64,000 nucleotides of DNA. Source: Chloroflexota bacterium. Lineage in GTDB: Bacteria; Chloroflexota; UBA11872; VXNJ01. Each line of letters starts with the position of its first letter. Positions within the stretch are counted from its first letter, which is position 1. The notes below the pieces were generated by a model that was not told the DNA's origin, made no database searches, and saw only the letters and a program-made list of their open reading frames with translations. Location: positions 1,120,001 to 1,184,000 of the forward strand of contig OZ253449.1 of assembly GCA_965261345.1 (NCBI GenBank). The letters are read 5' to 3'. Shown piece by piece: positions 1-10,075 of the stretch. The position numbers and the translations under genes were made by a program.

Positions 1-1
1 C

Positions 2-649
2 GTTACCGGCACCAACTACTGCATCGGTTTTCACACCGCCATTACCCGCGTTACCGAAGCCATTGACAGCCTGCGCACCACCGCCGCATCGCACAGCCGC
101 GCGATCGTTGTGGAGACGATGGGCCGCGACGCCGGCTGGGTCGCTGCTTATGCCGGGATCGCCGCCGCGGCCGACTTCGTCCTCCTGCCGGAAAAAGCGA
201 CCGCGATTGCGGATGTAACCAACGCCCTGGCGCGACGCCATAGCCGAGGGCAGCGCTACGCCCTGGTGGTGGTGTCAGAAGGCGCCCAGGTCTTGGGCCT
301 TGCGGCGCCGGCGGCGGCGGCGGACGCCAACGACCAGTTCGGGCACACGCTCCTGGCCACCCGTCAGCTGGGGGCCAGGGTGGCGGCCGCCATCGATGCC
401 GCCACGCCGTATTCAACCCGCGAGGTGGTCCTAGGTCACACCCAGCGCGGCGGGATCGTAAGCGCCTATGACCGGGTGCTCGGAACCCGCCTCGGACGCG
501 GCGCGATCGTCCTGGTGGAGCGCCGCCATTGGGGGTACATGCCGGCATTGATCAATCAGGCGATCGCCGATTTCCCGCTCGCCGCCGCGGTTGGGACCAA
601 CCGCAAATTGATTCCCCAGATGCTCGACGTCATCGAGGACTTCCAGTAG
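2..649 (+). CDS. pfkA: 6-phosphofructokinase, 5'-truncated by window edge
   Basis: Frame open from base 2: ...CIGFHTA...LRTTAASHSR...VETMGRDAGW...LGHTQRGG...YDR; these are PFK-A motifs (MGR, GHxQRGG). Confidence 0.9.
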   Translation, partial: VTGTNYCIGFHTAITRVTEAIDSLRTTAASHSRAIVVETMGRDAGWVAAYAGIAAAADFVLLPEKATAIADVTNALARRHSRGQRYALVVVSEGAQVLGLAAPAAAADANDQFGHTLLATRQLGARVAAAIDAATPYSTREVVLGHTQRGGIVSAYDRVLGTRLGRGAIVLVERRHWGYMPALINQAIADFPLAAAVGTNRKLIPQMLDVIEDFQ

Positions 650-655
650 GGGTCG

Positions 656-1618
656 CTAGCGCTCCCCGCTAACCGGCAGATGCCTGAGGTGCTCGACCCC
701 CATCTTCCGGTACTTGTCATGACGCCTGGCCACGAGCTCGTCGATCGGAACCTGCGAGAGCGCGGCCAGCTCGCCAACGAGGGCTTCGCGCAGCTGGGCT
801 GCGGCGGCCGGTCCGTCGGTATGGGCACCGCCTTCCGGCTCGGGCACGATGGCGTCGATTACCTTTAGCCCGAGCAGGTGGGTAGGGGTCAGCTTAAGCG
901 CGGCGGCGGCGGTTTCGGCGAACTTGTAGTCACGCCAAACGATGCTGGCGGCCCCCTCCGGAGAAGCTACTGAGTAGACGGTGTTCTCCTGCATGAGCAC
1001 TCGGTCGCCCACCCCCAAAGCCAGCGCCCCGCCCGATCCGCCCTCACCAATCACGGTAGACACGATCGGGGTCCTTAGCCCAGCCATGGTCAGCAAGTTT
1101 TCGGCGATCGCCCAGGCCTGGCCGCGCTCTTCGGCTTCCAGCACCGGGTTGGCACCGGGAATATCTAGCAGGGTCACGACCGGCATCGCAAATTTTTCGG
1201 CCATCATCATCAGGCGGCGGGCCTTGCGGAAGCCTTCGGGGCTGGCCATCCCGAAATTACGGGCCAGATTCTCGCGCGAATTGGAACCCTTCTGGTGGCC
1301 GATGAGCATCACCGGGCGACCAGCCAGGAAAGCCGGCCCGCCGACGATCGCCGGGTCATCGCGGAAATTTCGGTCTCCATGCAGTTCGATGAATCCGGAA
1401 AAGGCCCAGTTGGCGTAATCGAGGGTGTGCGGGCGATCCGAGTGGCGCGCCAGTTGCACACGATCCCAGTCGGAGAGTTTCGAAAACACCGCATTGGTTT
1501 CCTTGCGCAGCCGCCGCCGCAGGGTCTCGATGGGGCCCGGTCCCTCGCCCTTCCGCTGGAGGGAGGAAAGCTCGGCCCGTAGCTGCGCTAACCCGACCTC
1601 GAATTCGAGAATCTTCAC
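656..1618 (-). CDS. accA: Acetyl-CoA carboxylase carboxyltransferase alpha subunit
   Basis: ARHSDRP, ELHGDR, IGHQKG, NFGM, EERGQ, IGEGGSGGALA, SPEG motifs. Confidence 0.97.
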   Translation of the reverse strand: MKILEFEVGLAQLRAELSSLQRKGEGPGPIETLRRRLRKETNAVFSKLSDWDRVQLARHSDRPHTLDYANWAFSGFIELHGDRNFRDDPAIVGGPAFLAGRPVMLIGHQKGSNSRENLARNFGMASPEGFRKARRLMMMAEKFAMPVVTLLDIPGANPVLEAEERGQAWAIAENLLTMAGLRTPIVSTVIGEGGSGGALALGVGDRVLMQENTVYSVASPEGAASIVWRDYKFAETAAAALKLTPTHLLGLKVIDAIVPEPEGGAHTDGPAAAAQLREALVGELAALSQVPIDELVARRHDKYRKMGVEHLRHLPVSGER

Positions 1619-2463
1619 TGCGCGACCGAAGCTTCCGACCGGTCGGGGGCCAACAGCTGGATCAGTTGAATAATGGTTGGGCGCAAGGCACTGCGGATGG
1701 TGACCAGGTCGATCATCCCACGCTTTTGCATGAATTCGGCAGTCTGAGCGTCATCGGGTAATTTCTGCTTGGCAATCTGTTCGATCAGTCGCCGCCCGGT
1801 AAAGCCCACGGTCGCCCCCGGCTCGGCGATGATTACATCGGCCAGCGAGGCAAAGCTGGCCGTAACCCCGGCCAAGGTCGGATCAGTCATTACCGAAATG
1901 TAAAGACCGCGGTGACGGCCCAGGCGCTCGAGTGCGGCGGCCGTCTTGGCCATCTGCATCAGCGAAAGCATGCCCTCCTGCATCCGCGCTCCGCCCGAAC
2001 AAGATACGATCACCAGCGGAATTAGTTCGGCCCCGGCCTGCTCGATGGCCAAAGTGACTTTCTCTCCTACCACCGTACCCATCGAGGCACCCAGAAAACG
2101 AAAGTCGATCGTGGCCAGGGCGATCTTGCGGCCACCGATAAAACCGGTCCCGGCCACCGCAGCCTCGCGCAATCCGGTCCGCTGCTGGTAGCTGGCCAGA
2201 TGATCGGGATAGGCTAAGTCGCCGCGCCGGAAAGATAGCGGATCGCCCGAGGCCAGCTCGGCTCCCAGCTCGCTAAAAGTCGCCACATCATCGAGTAGCA
2301 GCTCCAGTCGCTGTTCGATTGAGATACGGCCGTGCCAATTGCACCTGGGGCAGACATGCAGGTTCTGCTCAAATTCACGCCGCCGATGCAGCATCCGCTT
2401 GCACTTGCCGCATTCGACCCAAAGATCGGGGCTGTCGCCGGGCCGCTTGCCCAATAGTTTCAA
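1615..2463 (-). CDS. accD: Acetyl-CoA carboxylase carboxyltransferase beta subunit
   Basis: N-terminal C4 zinc finger (LWVECGKC...VCPRC), FLGASMG, SGGARMQEG, SLMQMAKT; likely TTG start at 2463; 4-nt overlap with accA. Confidence 0.95.
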   Translation of the reverse strand: MKLLGKRPGDSPDLWVECGKCKRMLHRRREFEQNLHVCPRCNWHGRISIEQRLELLLDDVATFSELGAELASGDPLSFRRGDLAYPDHLASYQQRTGLREAAVAGTGFIGGRKIALATIDFRFLGASMGTVVGEKVTLAIEQAGAELIPLVIVSCSGGARMQEGMLSLMQMAKTAAALERLGRHRGLYISVMTDPTLAGVTASFASLADVIIAEPGATVGFTGRRLIEQIAKQKLPDDAQTAEFMQKRGMIDLVTIRSALRPTIIQLIQLLAPDRSEASVAQ

Positions 2464-2563
2464 GCCGTTGCGCTCACACGAAAGAGGAAAATTAGATCGA
2501 GGGTCAAAACTAAAAGCTAACCGATCTGGACGGGCGGCGCATCGCTGTCGGCAACTTCCAATT

Positions 2564-4582
2564 TCACTGGGCCGTGACCGCGTGCGCTTCCACCGTAAAT
2601 CGCCCGTCGTGGAAGTCCACTGCATAGCAACGGTCATCGTCGGGACCGGCGGCAATTAGCGCGGAAGCTAGTGCTTGCTCGATATCGTGCTCGATGATCG
2701 CCCGCAGCGGACGAGCCCCTTCCCCGGCCGCCAATGCGCGCCGAACCAACTCTCCGAGCACCACGCCGGCAATCTCAACCTCTTGGCCAAGGGCGGCGAG
2801 TCGTTTGGCCATCGCCGCGAGCAGGCGGCGGGCAATTTCGCGGAAATCTTCCTCACCAAGGTCGGCCAACGGAACGATCCGGTCCAGCCGATTGACAAAT
2901 TCGGGCGATAGCCGCCGACGCATATCGTTCGCCAAACGGACCGGGTCGGATGCCGGCGAGCGACCGCCGGCGGGATTGGCGAACCCGATCGTCCCGCCCG
3001 AGCGGCTGCCCACGGTTGAAGTTAGCAGGATGATCGCCTGGGCAAAGCTGGCGCTGCGCCCGCCGGCATCGGTCAATTTGCCCGAGTCCATGATCTGCAG
3101 CAGCAACGAAAGCACCTGCGGATGGGCCTTTTCAATGTCGTCGAAGAGAACCACCGAATGCGGATCGCGTCGGATGGCCTCGGTCAACCGACCCGCTTCC
3201 TGATAACCCACGTATCCCGGCGGGGCGCCGATCAGGCGCGAGGTCGAGAACGGCTCCGATAGCTCGGACATGTCGATGCGGATCAGTTTGTCACGGCTGC
3301 CGGAAACAAATTCGGCCAGCAGCCTGGCCATTTCGCTCTTGCCCACCCCCGACGGCCCGAGCAGCAGCAACGACCCGATCGGCCGCTCGGGCGCCTTGAG
3401 CCCGGCCGCAGCCCGCTTGAGCGAATTGGCCACCTGTCGGATGGCGTTGCCCTGGCCGATTAAGCTTTGGCCCAACTTGGCTTCAAGTTGCAGATAGCGG
3501 CCCGACTCGGCCTCCGTCAGGTCAGCCATGTTAATACCGGTTGCACTGGCGACGACCTCGGCTATGGCCTTGTCATCGATCGGGGTCGCGCTTTGCTGCA
3601 ATTGTTTGTACCAACCGCGGCGGGCCACGATCAGTTTTTCGCGCAACCGCGACTCGGCCGCATATTCCTCCAGGAGAAGTTCCTGGTTGTCGCCCTCCAC
3701 GGCTAGCTCGGAACGCCGCTTGCGGAAAGTTGCCACCTGGCGGCGCATTGCCTTGATTTCCTCCGGGGGCACCAGGCGGTCGGATTTACGCCGGGCCAGC
3801 GCCTCGTCGATCAAGTCGATGGCCTTGTCGGGAAGTCGGCGGTCGGTAATGTACCGGTCCGAGAGCCGGATGGCGGCGGTGATCGCCGAATCGGCAATCG
3901 GCAGGCCATGAAATTCTTCATAGGTCTCGCGCAGTCCCTCCAGCACCGCCCGCGTCTGGTCCAGGTCGGGCTCTTCCACCGCTACCGTTTGGAAGCGGCG
4001 GTGGAGGGTCGCGTCGCGCGAAAAGTAACGCCGGTACTCGTTCCAGGTGGTGGCCCCGATAACTCGGATCTTGCCGCGGGCCAGGGCCGGTTTAAGCAAC
4101 CCGGCTGCGTCCAACGTGCCACTGGCCCCTCCGGCCCCCAGAATCGTGTGGATCTCATCGATAAATAGGACCACATCACGCGCTTCGACCACCTCTTCTA
4201 GGAGTTCCTTGACCCGTTGTTCAAATTCACCGCGATACCTGGCGCCAGCCACCATCGCCGCCAGATCCAGGGTTATGAGCCGGGTTTCGAGCAACTGCAC
4301 CGGCACCGAACCACTTACGATCTTTTGCGCCAGTCCCTCAACGATCGCGGTCTTGCCGACCCCGGCGTCGCCCACCAACAGCGGGTTGTTCTTGTTGCGC
4401 CGCAGCAGGATTTCGGCCACCCGCATCGTCTCGGCCGCGCGCCCAACCACTCGATCAAGCCCGCCGGCGCGAGCCCGTCGGGTCAGATCGGTCCCATACT
4501 GGGCCAGCCGGGAGATGCGTTCGCGACCTTTTCCGCGGCGTTGTTGCCCGGTTCCCGAGCCGCCCGGAGAGCGCGAGCGCAT
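2564..4582 (-). CDS. ClpC/ClpA-like Hsp100 AAA+ ATPase (two NBDs, no N-terminal Clp repeat domain)
   Basis: KNNP-GDAGVGKT, FIDEIH, RRFQ, LPDKAIDLIDEA, GPSGVGKS, PPGYVG, IGF loop, PEFVNRLD, GARPLR; ATG at 4582 (ORF open to 4618). Confidence 0.9.
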   Translation of the reverse strand: MRSRSPGGSGTGQQRRGKGRERISRLAQYGTDLTRRARAGGLDRVVGRAAETMRVAEILLRRNKNNPLLVGDAGVGKTAIVEGLAQKIVSGSVPVQLLETRLITLDLAAMVAGARYRGEFEQRVKELLEEVVEARDVVLFIDEIHTILGAGGASGTLDAAGLLKPALARGKIRVIGATTWNEYRRYFSRDATLHRRFQTVAVEEPDLDQTRAVLEGLRETYEEFHGLPIADSAITAAIRLSDRYITDRRLPDKAIDLIDEALARRKSDRLVPPEEIKAMRRQVATFRKRRSELAVEGDNQELLLEEYAAESRLREKLIVARRGWYKQLQQSATPIDDKAIAEVVASATGINMADLTEAESGRYLQLEAKLGQSLIGQGNAIRQVANSLKRAAAGLKAPERPIGSLLLLGPSGVGKSEMARLLAEFVSGSRDKLIRIDMSELSEPFSTSRLIGAPPGYVGYQEAGRLTEAIRRDPHSVVLFDDIEKAHPQVLSLLLQIMDSGKLTDAGGRSASFAQAIILLTSTVGSRSGGTIGFANPAGGRSPASDPVRLANDMRRRLSPEFVNRLDRIVPLADLGEEDFREIARRLLAAMAKRLAALGQEVEIAGVVLGELVRRALAAGEGARPLRAIIEHDIEQALASALIAAGPDDDRCYAVDFHDGRFTVEAHAVTAQ

Positions 4583-4623
4583 CTGCCAGGGCCCGCGTCG
4601 AGTTTGGAGGGAGCCCAACTGGC

Positions 4624-4788
4624 CTATATCCCGGGCAGCGGAACGGGCAAGGCGTCAATGAGTCCCTGCAGGGCGGCCGGGATCGCATCGCGCAGAGCGC
4701 CGTAAACGACGACCAAGACTAAACAGAACGTGGCCAGGGTAGCGGCAAATGCGGCCACTCCGGGCCCCCGACTGGCAGAACCGGACAT
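4624..4788 (-). CDS. Small single-pass membrane protein (54 aa), hypothetical
   Basis: ATG at 4788; hydrophobic stretch VAAFAATLATFCLVLVVVY; directly upstream of and co-oriented with the Clp ATPase. Confidence 0.45.
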   Translation of the reverse strand: MSGSASRGPGVAAFAATLATFCLVLVVVYGALRDAIPAALQGLIDALPVPLPGI

Positions 4789-4892
4789 TTGGGTAAAGAC
4801 CGCCAATATACAAGGAGTTGCCAAAGGTTACTTTGTAGTTAGTTTGCCCGGTCAATACCACACGTATACCTAACGTGGTCCGGTTTAATTCG

Positions 4893-4898
4893 TATAAT
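4893..4898 (+). promoter_or_regulatory. Putative -10 element (TATAAT) for moaC-gyrA
   Basis: Perfect TATAAT in an AT-rich divergent intergenic region about 33 nt before the moaC start. Confidence 0.4.
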
Positions 4899-4930
4899 TA
4901 GGCGAATCGCAAACGAGAGCAAATCAGGCT

Positions 4931-5443
4931 TTGATAACCGCTCCCAAGTCGCCGCTTTCACACCTCGACCGCTCCGGCCATCCGCGCATGGTCGATGTAT
5001 CTAGCAAGCCTGAAACCCTCCGCACCGCGCTCGCCAGCGGCACGGTGAAATTAAGCGATCAGGCATTCGCCGCAGTCCAGCAATCGGCGGAGGGCCAATC
5101 GGCCGGATCGGGCAAGGGAAACGTGCTGGTCACCGCCCAGCTGGCCGGCATCATGGCCGCCAAAAAAACCTCCGAAATCATTCCGCTCTGCCATCAGCTG
5201 CCGCTCACCAACGTGGAGGTAGGGGTGGAGCTTGACCCGGCGGCTTGCCAGGTCCGAATCCTGGCCCGCGCCCGCGCCCATTCCGCCACCGGTGTCGAAA
5301 TGGAGGCGTTGACCGCCGTCAGCGCCGCAGCCCTGACCATATACGACATGTGCAAGGCGATCGACCGCACGATCACGATTTCACAGATCCGCCTGTTGGA
5401 GAAAACCGGCGGCGCCGGCGGCGATTTCCATGCCGCCCTCTAG
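4931..5443 (+). CDS. moaC: Cyclic pyranopterin monophosphate synthase MoaC
   Basis: LSHLD, MVDVSSK, AGIMAAKKT, IPLCH, TGVEMEAL, IYDMCKA. Confidence 0.97.
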   Translation: MITAPKSPLSHLDRSGHPRMVDVSSKPETLRTALASGTVKLSDQAFAAVQQSAEGQSAGSGKGNVLVTAQLAGIMAAKKTSEIIPLCHQLPLTNVEVGVELDPAACQVRILARARAHSATGVEMEALTAVSAAALTIYDMCKAIDRTITISQIRLLEKTGGAGGDFHAAL

Positions 5444-5471
5444 CCGGCCATAGCAAGGTCCTAAATACGCA

Positions 5472-7946
5472 TTGAACCAGATCCCACAGTCGCAAAATCT
5501 CGGCCACACCAAGGATGTCGTGTTTGAGCGCGAGATTGGGGAGGCCTACCTCGACTACGCGATGAGCACGATCGTCGCCCGGGCCTTGCCCGACGTCCGC
5601 GACGGTCTAAAGCCGGTCCAGCGCCGGATACTCTTCTCGATGCTCGAGCTGGGGGCCCGCGCCGGCAGCCAGTACCGCAAGAGCGCCCGAATTGTCGGCG
5701 ACACGATGGGCAAGTACCACCCGCACGGCGACGGGGCCATTTACGACGCCCTGGTACACCTGGCCCAGGACTTCTCGATGCGCCTGCCGCTGATCGACGG
5801 CCAGGGCAACTTCGGGTCAATCGACAACGACCCGGCCGCAGCGATGCGTTATACCGAAGCCCGCCTCAACGGGATCTCGGAGGCCATGCTCGAGGACATT
5901 GGCCGCGACACCGTCGATTTTGTCGAAAACTTCGACACCACCGCTGAGATGCCCGAGGTCCTACCCGCCAGATTTCCCAACCTGGTGGCCAACGGCGCCG
6001 CCGGGATCGCGGTCGGGCTGGCCACCAAGATCCCGCCGCACAACCTGGCGGAGGTGGCCAACGCTATCTGCGCCATGATCGACAACCCCGAATTGACGAT
6101 CGACGAGTTGCTGGAGCACGTGCCCGGCCCCGACTTCCCCACCGGCGCCATCATCAACCGCGAGAACATCAGGACCGCTTATCTTTCCGGCCGCGGCTCG
6201 ATTCTCATGCGCGCCCGGACCGAGACCGAGACCGCCAACGACGGCCGCGAAACGATCGTGGTCACCGAACTGCCCTACATGGTCAAGAAGGCCCGCCTGA
6301 TCACCAAGATCGCCGAGTTGGCGCAGGCCAAGGTGATCGAGGATATCTCCGACATCCGCGACGAATCGGACCGCAACGGCATGCGGATCGCGATCATCCT
6401 CAAGCGCAACGCTCACGCGACCAAGACCCTCAACCAGCTGTTTAAGCACACCGCCCTGCAGGCGACCTTCGGCGTAAACGCGGTCTGCCTAGTCAACGGC
6501 CAACCGCGGACCTTGGGCATACGCGAAATGCTCTCTGAATTCATCGCCCACCGCGAAACCGTCGTCGAGCGGCGGGCCCGCTTTGAGCTGGCGCGGGCGC
6601 GGACCCGCGAACACGTTTTGGTGGGGTTCATCCTGGCCCTCGACAACATCGACGCGGTGGTTGAACTGATCCGTCGCGCGCCAACCACCGACGACGCCCG
6701 CGAGCAGCTGGTGGAACGGCTCGAGCTGACTGAGATTCAGGCCAACGCGGTGCTGGACATGCAACTGCGCCGCCTGGTCGCCCTGGAAACGCAAAAGCTG
6801 CGTGATGAGCTGGCTGAAATCCAGGCCCGCATCGCCGAACTGGTCGATCTGCTTGCCGATCAGGGAAAGATCCGTGAGGTTGTCCGCGAGGAGACCCTGG
6901 ACCTGCAGGCCCGATTCGGCGAACTACGCCGCACCGTGATATCCGACCAGCTAAGCGGAACCCTAACCGAAGAGGACCTTACCCCCGACGAAGAGTCGGT
7001 GATAACGATCTCCAAGCGCGGCTACGCCAAACGGCAGCCGCTGACCACGTTCAAGTCGCAGGGGCGCGGCGGCAAAGGAGTCCGCGGGGTGGCAGTCGCC
7101 AAGGACGAGGACTCAATCGACCACCTGGTGATCACCAACACCCACGCCCATCTGCTGCTGTTTACCAATCGCGGCCGGGTCTTTAAGCTGCGGGCCTTTG
7201 AGATCCCGCAGATGTCGCGCCAGGCCCGTGGTTATGCCCTGATCAACACCCTCAACCTAGAAAAGGGCGAACGCATTACCGCCCCGATCGCGATCAGGCA
7301 CTTCGAGGAGCATTTCAACCTGCTGTTTGGAACCGTGCGCGGTTATGTAAAACGCACCGCCCTGAGCCGCTACGCCGCGGTCCGCTCCAACGGACTTCTG
7401 GCGATGCGTCTGGAGGAAGACGACGAGCTGCGCTGGGTACGCACTTCCGACGGCGACAATCGAGTCATGTTCCTGACCTTTCAGGGCATGGCGATTCACT
7501 TCCACGAGGACAACGTGCGGATCTCCGGCCGCACCAGCGGCGGGGTGTTCGGTATCCGCTTGTCCGACGACGACTCGGTCGTGGGGATGGACCTGACCAC
7601 CGACGACGATTACGTAGTAGTGATCACCTCGCGCGGCTACGGCAAAAAAATGCAGGTGAGCGGATTTCGCCCGCAGGGCCGCGGCGGCAAGGGCCTCAAG
7701 GCCATCAACCTGCGACGCAAGACCGGGCAGGTGGTCGCCGCCCAGGTCTTTGCCGACGCCGACGCGCAGATGTTCCTGCTATCTACTACCGGCCAGATGA
7801 TCCGCCAATCGCTGGGCCAGTTGCGCCCGCAGAGCCGCTATGCGCAGGGCCTGATCGTCCAAAGGCTCGATCCAGGCGAGGAAGTTGCGGGCCTGGCGGT
7901 ATCGGAAGAGCTAATCGACGAGGAAACGCTGGGCCGGGCCGAATAG
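5472..7946 (+). CDS. gyrA: DNA gyrase subunit A
   Basis: [30 protein letters not shown] (catalytic Tyr), GyrA-box QGRGGKG, beta-pinwheel C-terminal domain. Confidence 0.96.
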   Translation: MNQIPQSQNLGHTKDVVFEREIGEAYLDYAMSTIVARALPDVRDGLKPVQRRILFSMLELGARAGSQYRKSARIVGDTMGKYHPHGDGAIYDALVHLAQDFSMRLPLIDGQGNFGSIDNDPAAAMRYTEARLNGISEAMLEDIGRDTVDFVENFDTTAEMPEVLPARFPNLVANGAAGIAVGLATKIPPHNLAEVANAICAMIDNPELTIDELLEHVPGPDFPTGAIINRENIRTAYLSGRGSILMRARTETETANDGRETIVVTELPYMVKKARLITKIAELAQAKVIEDISDIRDESDRNGMRIAIILKRNAHATKTLNQLFKHTALQATFGVNAVCLVNGQPRTLGIREMLSEFIAHRETVVERRARFELARARTREHVLVGFILALDNIDAVVELIRRAPTTDDAREQLVERLELTEIQANAVLDMQLRRLVALETQKLRDELAEIQARIAELVDLLADQGKIREVVREETLDLQARFGELRRTVISDQLSGTLTEEDLTPDEESVITISKRGYAKRQPLTTFKSQGRGGKGVRGVAVAKDEDSIDHLVITNTHAHLLLFTNRGRVFKLRAFEIPQMSRQARGYALINTLNLEKGERITAPIAIRHFEEHFNLLFGTVRGYVKRTALSRYAAVRSNGLLAMRLEEDDELRWVRTSDGDNRVMFLTFQGMAIHFHEDNVRISGRTSGGVFGIRLSDDDSVVGMDLTTDDDYVVVITSRGYGKKMQVSGFRPQGRGGKGLKAINLRRKTGQVVAAQVFADADAQMFLLSTTGQMIRQSLGQLRPQSRYAQGLIVQRLDPGEEVAGLAVSEELIDEETLGRAE

Positions 7947-8024
7947 CCTTCCCGGCCAGGGCCGGGATTGGCAGACAATATCGGCGAGGTTGCCTGCGGC
8001 CAGGCGCTGGCGCCATGTGCCTCC

Positions 8025-8100
8025 GGGCCGGTAGCTCAGTTGGTAGAGCAGCGGACTTTTAATCCGTTGGTCGTGGGTTCGAATCCCACCCGGCTCACCA
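8025..8100 (+). tRNA. tRNA-Lys(UUU)
   Basis: Cloverleaf GGGCCGG...GCGGA-CT-TTT-AA-TCCGT...GTTCGAATC...CCGGCTC-A-CCA. Confidence 0.97.
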
Positions 8101-8217
8101 TATTCGGTCCGCGCGGCAAATCCAATCATCGCGGCGTTGCCAGATGCAGCAATAATCCTTAAGGGCCGGTGGTGGCCCGGAAAAATTAAAAGTAATCGTC
8201 GATGGGAGCAAGAACCG

Positions 8218-8598
8218 ATGCGGATTTTTAGGATCGCGTTGCTCCCGTTGTCGCTAATCCACCTAGCGGCCGCGGTCTTTACCGCCCTGGTGGGAAGTTT
8301 CGCCGATGGCGGGGACTTCTTCGCGCGTTTGGTGCTGGTCGTATTTCACCCGCTCGGCGCCGTCGGTCTGGTCCTGTTGCTGGTCCTACCCCGACCAGCG
8401 CGCAGGTTAACGATTGCCGTTGGCGGGCTTCTGTTCGCAAGCCTGGCCGTTGACCTGGTCGCAACGATTCAGATCGCTACCGGGTACGCGCGCGGCGACT
8501 GGTGGCTCCCCTTGATCTTTTGGCCAATCGCGCTGCTCGGGCTAATCTACGCCTGCCTGCGGATCAGGCAGGCCGCCGGAGCCGAGCAGGCCGAATAA
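8218..8598 (+). CDS. Hypothetical 4-TM membrane protein
   Basis: ATG at 8218 after GGAG; four hydrophobic segments. Confidence 0.7.
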   Translation: MRIFRIALLPLSLIHLAAAVFTALVGSFADGGDFFARLVLVVFHPLGAVGLVLLLVLPRPARRLTIAVGGLLFASLAVDLVATIQIATGYARGDWWLPLIFWPIALLGLIYACLRIRQAAGAEQAE

Positions 8599-8758
8599 CT
8601 CCCGGCCAAACCGGCTCATAGCGGGTTTCCCAAGCCGGGGCGTCGCAGCGCCATGGGGCCGGCAATAGAATGCTCTTCTGCGGGATTGGACGCCACCAGC
8701 TGCATCCCGCAACCGGCGCGTCGCGCCGGGCAAAAACTCGTTTTCGGCAGAGGTTTAC

Positions 8759-9604
8759 ATGGCCATTCAAATAGTTACTGATTCAACCTGCTCGGTTCCA
8801 GCCGCAGAGGTGGAGGGCCGCGGCATATTGGTTGTTGCCCAGCACGTTCTCTTCGGGACGACCGATTACCGGGACCAGGTAGATCTCGAACCAGACGCCT
8901 TCTATGATCTGCTCGAGAGTTCGTCGCACCATCCCACGACCTCGCAGGCCACGCCGACCGAGGTGGCCGAAGTCTTCCGGGGCCCGGTCGAGGCTGGCGA
9001 TTCGATCATTGGAATTACGATTTCGGCCAAGCTGAGCGGTACCTTCTCATCGTTCACGCAGGCCGCCGAGCAGTTTCCCGATAGCCACATCCACGTCATC
9101 GATTCGCAGACCGCCTCGACCGCCGCCGGGTTGCTGGTGCTCACCGCCGCCAAGATGGCCGCGGCCGGCGACGACATCCATTCAATCTGCGACCACATCG
9201 AGCAATTGCGTGATCGGGCCCGCATGGCTCTGGCGGTACCCACCCTGGAGTACCTGCGCAAGGGCGGTCGGATCGGCAATGCCCGCGCGCTGATCGGGAC
9301 GATGCTCGGATTCAAACCGATCCTGCAGCTGCGCGAGGGCCAGTTGGAGCCGGTGGCGCGGGCGCGCAGCATGCGTCGCGCAATCTCGATACTAGTTGAC
9401 CTTGCCGTTGAAAACTCGCCCAACGGGATCGTCGACATCGGGTTCGTCAGCTCGGGCAGCAGATCACAGCTCGAATCGCTGCGCACGGCAATCCTGGCGC
9501 GGGTCGAAGTTTCCGGACAGTGCTATGAGGCCGAACCGTTGAGCCCGGCGTTGGGCGCCCACGTTGGCCGGGAGGCGCTGGCGGTCGCCTTCATCAGCGC
9601 CTAG
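8759..9604 (+). CDS. DegV family fatty-acid-binding protein
   Basis: IVTDST, PTTSQ, ISAKLSGT, VIDS, LEYLRKGGRIG, KPIL, AHVG. Confidence 0.95.
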   Translation: MAIQIVTDSTCSVPAAEVEGRGILVVAQHVLFGTTDYRDQVDLEPDAFYDLLESSSHHPTTSQATPTEVAEVFRGPVEAGDSIIGITISAKLSGTFSSFTQAAEQFPDSHIHVIDSQTASTAAGLLVLTAAKMAAAGDDIHSICDHIEQLRDRARMALAVPTLEYLRKGGRIGNARALIGTMLGFKPILQLREGQLEPVARARSMRRAISILVDLAVENSPNGIVDIGFVSSGSRSQLESLRTAILARVEVSGQCYEAEPLSPALGAHVGREALAVAFISA

Positions 9605-9607
9605 TCC

Positions 9608-10060
9608 ATGGACGGGCGCTGGGGACGGCGGCGGTTATTCGTAACCGGAGCTGCGATGGCTCTCTTTGCCTGCCTGGCGGCCACTTGTTCCAGCGACCCT
9701 CACGGGGCCATTACGATAACCGAGTTGCACGAACTGGGCCAGGCGCGCTACGGCCGGCGCACGACCATTACCGGCCAAGTCCTGCCGGGGTCGTTCAAGC
9801 GCCCGCCCGCCGGATCTCGGGTCGACCTCATCCCGCTTAGCCCCGACGGACTGGTATTCCAGCTAATTGACGCTCAACGGCGGGTCCAGCCGGTGCTCCT
9901 GGCAAGGGTTGATGATTTGCAATTTACGCAACTTTCGACCCAACAGCAAATTACGGTGACCGGAAAAGTCCATCCCACCGGGATGTATTTCGCCGACGGC
10001 GTCTATATCGAATCCGACCTCGTTCCGGTCCCGACCCCCACCCCGGGAATCTTGCTCTAG
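9608..10060 (+). CDS. CcmE-like OB-fold (lipo)protein lacking the heme-binding motif
   Basis: GRRRLF + hydrophobic + LAATC leader; GQVLPGS...VFQLID...QITVTGK...FADGV resembles the CcmE barrel; no HxxxY or CxxxY. Confidence 0.5.
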   Translation: MDGRWGRRRLFVTGAAMALFACLAATCSSDPHGAITITELHELGQARYGRRTTITGQVLPGSFKRPPAGSRVDLIPLSPDGLVFQLIDAQRRVQPVLLARVDDLQFTQLSTQQQITVTGKVHPTGMYFADGVYIESDLVPVPTPTPGILL

Positions 10061-10075
10061 CCACGCGCCGGCGGC

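Noticed and set aside
8025-8760. Genomic island integrated at tRNA-Lys (or at the other tRNAs)
   Set aside because: No integrase and no duplicated tRNA 3' end seen; flanking genes are housekeeping
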